Shown here: positions 62,450 to 64,000 of the stretch, piece after piece | Layout of the letters: each line of letters starts with the position of its first letter | How positions within the stretch are numbered: position 1 is the stretch's first letter | Source: Octopus sinensis | Lineage: Eukaryota | Reading direction: 5' to 3' | Assembly (NCBI RefSeq): GCF_006345805.1 | Contig: NC_043000.1 | Span: 133,300,001 to 133,364,000, forward strand | DNA length: 64,000 nucleotides | Program-made: the position numbers and the translations under genes | The notes under the pieces: model-generated | The model's database searches: none | What the model saw: the letters and a program-made list of their open reading frames with translations, nothing else | Told to the model about the DNA's origin: nothing

Positions 62450-64000
62450 CTCTACACAAACATGTCATTTCTCGTTCTTCCTCTGTCAACAGTATCATCA
62501 TTACTACTCTGCTGCTCGCATCTCCCTAGCCCCACCCCTCCCGTCAATCCTTCCCGGTCTTTCCAGATGTTGCCTATCTGCCTCCATCTTTCTCGCTCCC
62601 CCTATCTCTTTCACCATACAGTCTTACAAACCCATACCCCAACTGCTCCTCCCACCTGAGGTGCCATCTGGACACCTCATTACCATAATCTATCTCTTTG
62701 GAGATATCACCATTTCATTCTCATTCTCTCTCTCCTATGTTAGTAGCCATGTAGCTTCTCTACAAGAACTTGCTCTATCCCCAACTTTTCCCCTAATACC
62801 TTACCCCACCATCAAACATAATGACGCAACACCCACCATTTACGGGCTACATGGTGATCTCATTGGTACTAGTGACAAGAAAATAGCACCTGGCATGCAC
62901 AGTAAAATGGTTGGCGTTAGAAAAGGCATCCAGCCGCAGAAACCATGCCAAAGCAAAACATTAGAGCACGATGCAATCTTTGGACTCATCGGATTCTTGT
63001 CAATCCGACCAGGCGTTGGCATGGCTGTATGTCAAGAAGTTTGTTCCCCAACCACATGGTTCCGGGTTTAGTACCACTGCGTGGCACCTTGGGCAAATGT
63101 CTTCTACTGTAGCCCCGAGCCGTGGAAACACACGGCCTAGTGATTAGAGCAGCGGACTCGCGGTCGAGGGATCGCGGGTTCGAATCACAGACCGGGCGGT
63201 GTGTGTGTGTCTATGAGCGAAACACCCAAGTTCCACGCAGCTCTGACAGAAGGTAATGGCAAACTTCTGCTGACTCTTTCGCCACAACATTCTCTCACTC
63301 TTTCCTCCAGCATCTAGTAGCTCAATTGTGACGGACCGGCATCCCGTTCAGGTGGGGAACCTATATGCCAATGAAACTAGGAAACTGGCCCTTATGAGCC
63401 AGACATGACTCGAGAAGGAACAAACAATAACATAGCCCCGGGCTGACCAAAGCCCTGTGAATGGATTTAGTAGACAGAAACTGAAAGAAGACCCTCATAA
63501 ATATATGTGTGTGTGTGTAGTTTGTTTGCCCTTCTCTCACCGCCTGACAACTACTGTTCAATTGTTTACGTCTCCGTAACACAACGGTTTAGCAAAAATA
63601 CTGATAGAAAAAATACCAAGCTTGTAAAAAAAGTATAGGAGCTGGTTTGTTGACTAAATTCTTCAGGGCGATGCTGCAGTCTAATGACTGGACAAAATAA
63701 AAGATATATATATATTTTGGCAGAATGTTTCCCGATGTTTTTTTTCTTTATATTGTTGATATTAATAATTAGCATCACTAAATTTCATTTATTGCCATGT
63801 ATTTTATCGAAAAGATCATATCCACTCCAATTTGCGTAGTCAATATACCGTATATAATTTTCTAAAAATAAACGATCTAACTGGAGTCACCTCCCCTGGA
63901 TGTTTTGATCGAAGTTTTTCAACTCGTAATATCACATGTATACGAAAGTCGGCGAGCTAGCAGAATCGTTTATATACCGAGCAAAATGCTTAGAGTCCGT

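Noticed and set aside
62202-63071. 289-aa ORF
   Set aside because: Runs through a hAT MITE, pyrimidine-rich decayed repeat and SINE pieces; starts at a non-ATG codon; no domain signal.

Overview
Eukaryotic, AT-rich, microsatellite- and transposon-dense animal DNA. The SINE/RTE repeat content looks like an octopod cephalopod (Octopus-like); this is inferred from recalled repeat families, not a database match. Two spliced genes converge tail-to-tail. (1) The last seven coding exons (273 C-terminal aa) of cytoplasmic alanyl-tRNA synthetase, + strand, 1025-12564. (2) A complete 8-coding-exon, 529-aa arylsulfatase B-like sulfatase with signal peptide and CTPTR formylglycine motif, - strand, 40776-14437. 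Upstream of the sulfatase is a very young, full-length Ty3/Gypsy (Mag-type) LTR retrotransposon (46559-51105) with matching LTRs, 5-bp TSD, PBS, PPT and a gag-pol broken only by two +1 shifts. The rest is SINEs, RTE and CR1-type LINE fragments, non-autonomous Helitrons, mariner/Tc2/hAT MITEs, a solo LTR and fold-back elements. Most notable: two Penelope-type hammerhead ribozyme motifs (one in a tRNA-headed element, one sense-oriented in a sulfatase intron), and a SINE that appears to insert in front of GGTAT, including its own internal GGTAT, building a 7-unit headless tandem array. All coordinates were read by eye; repeat boundaries without TSD/TIR support are approximate.
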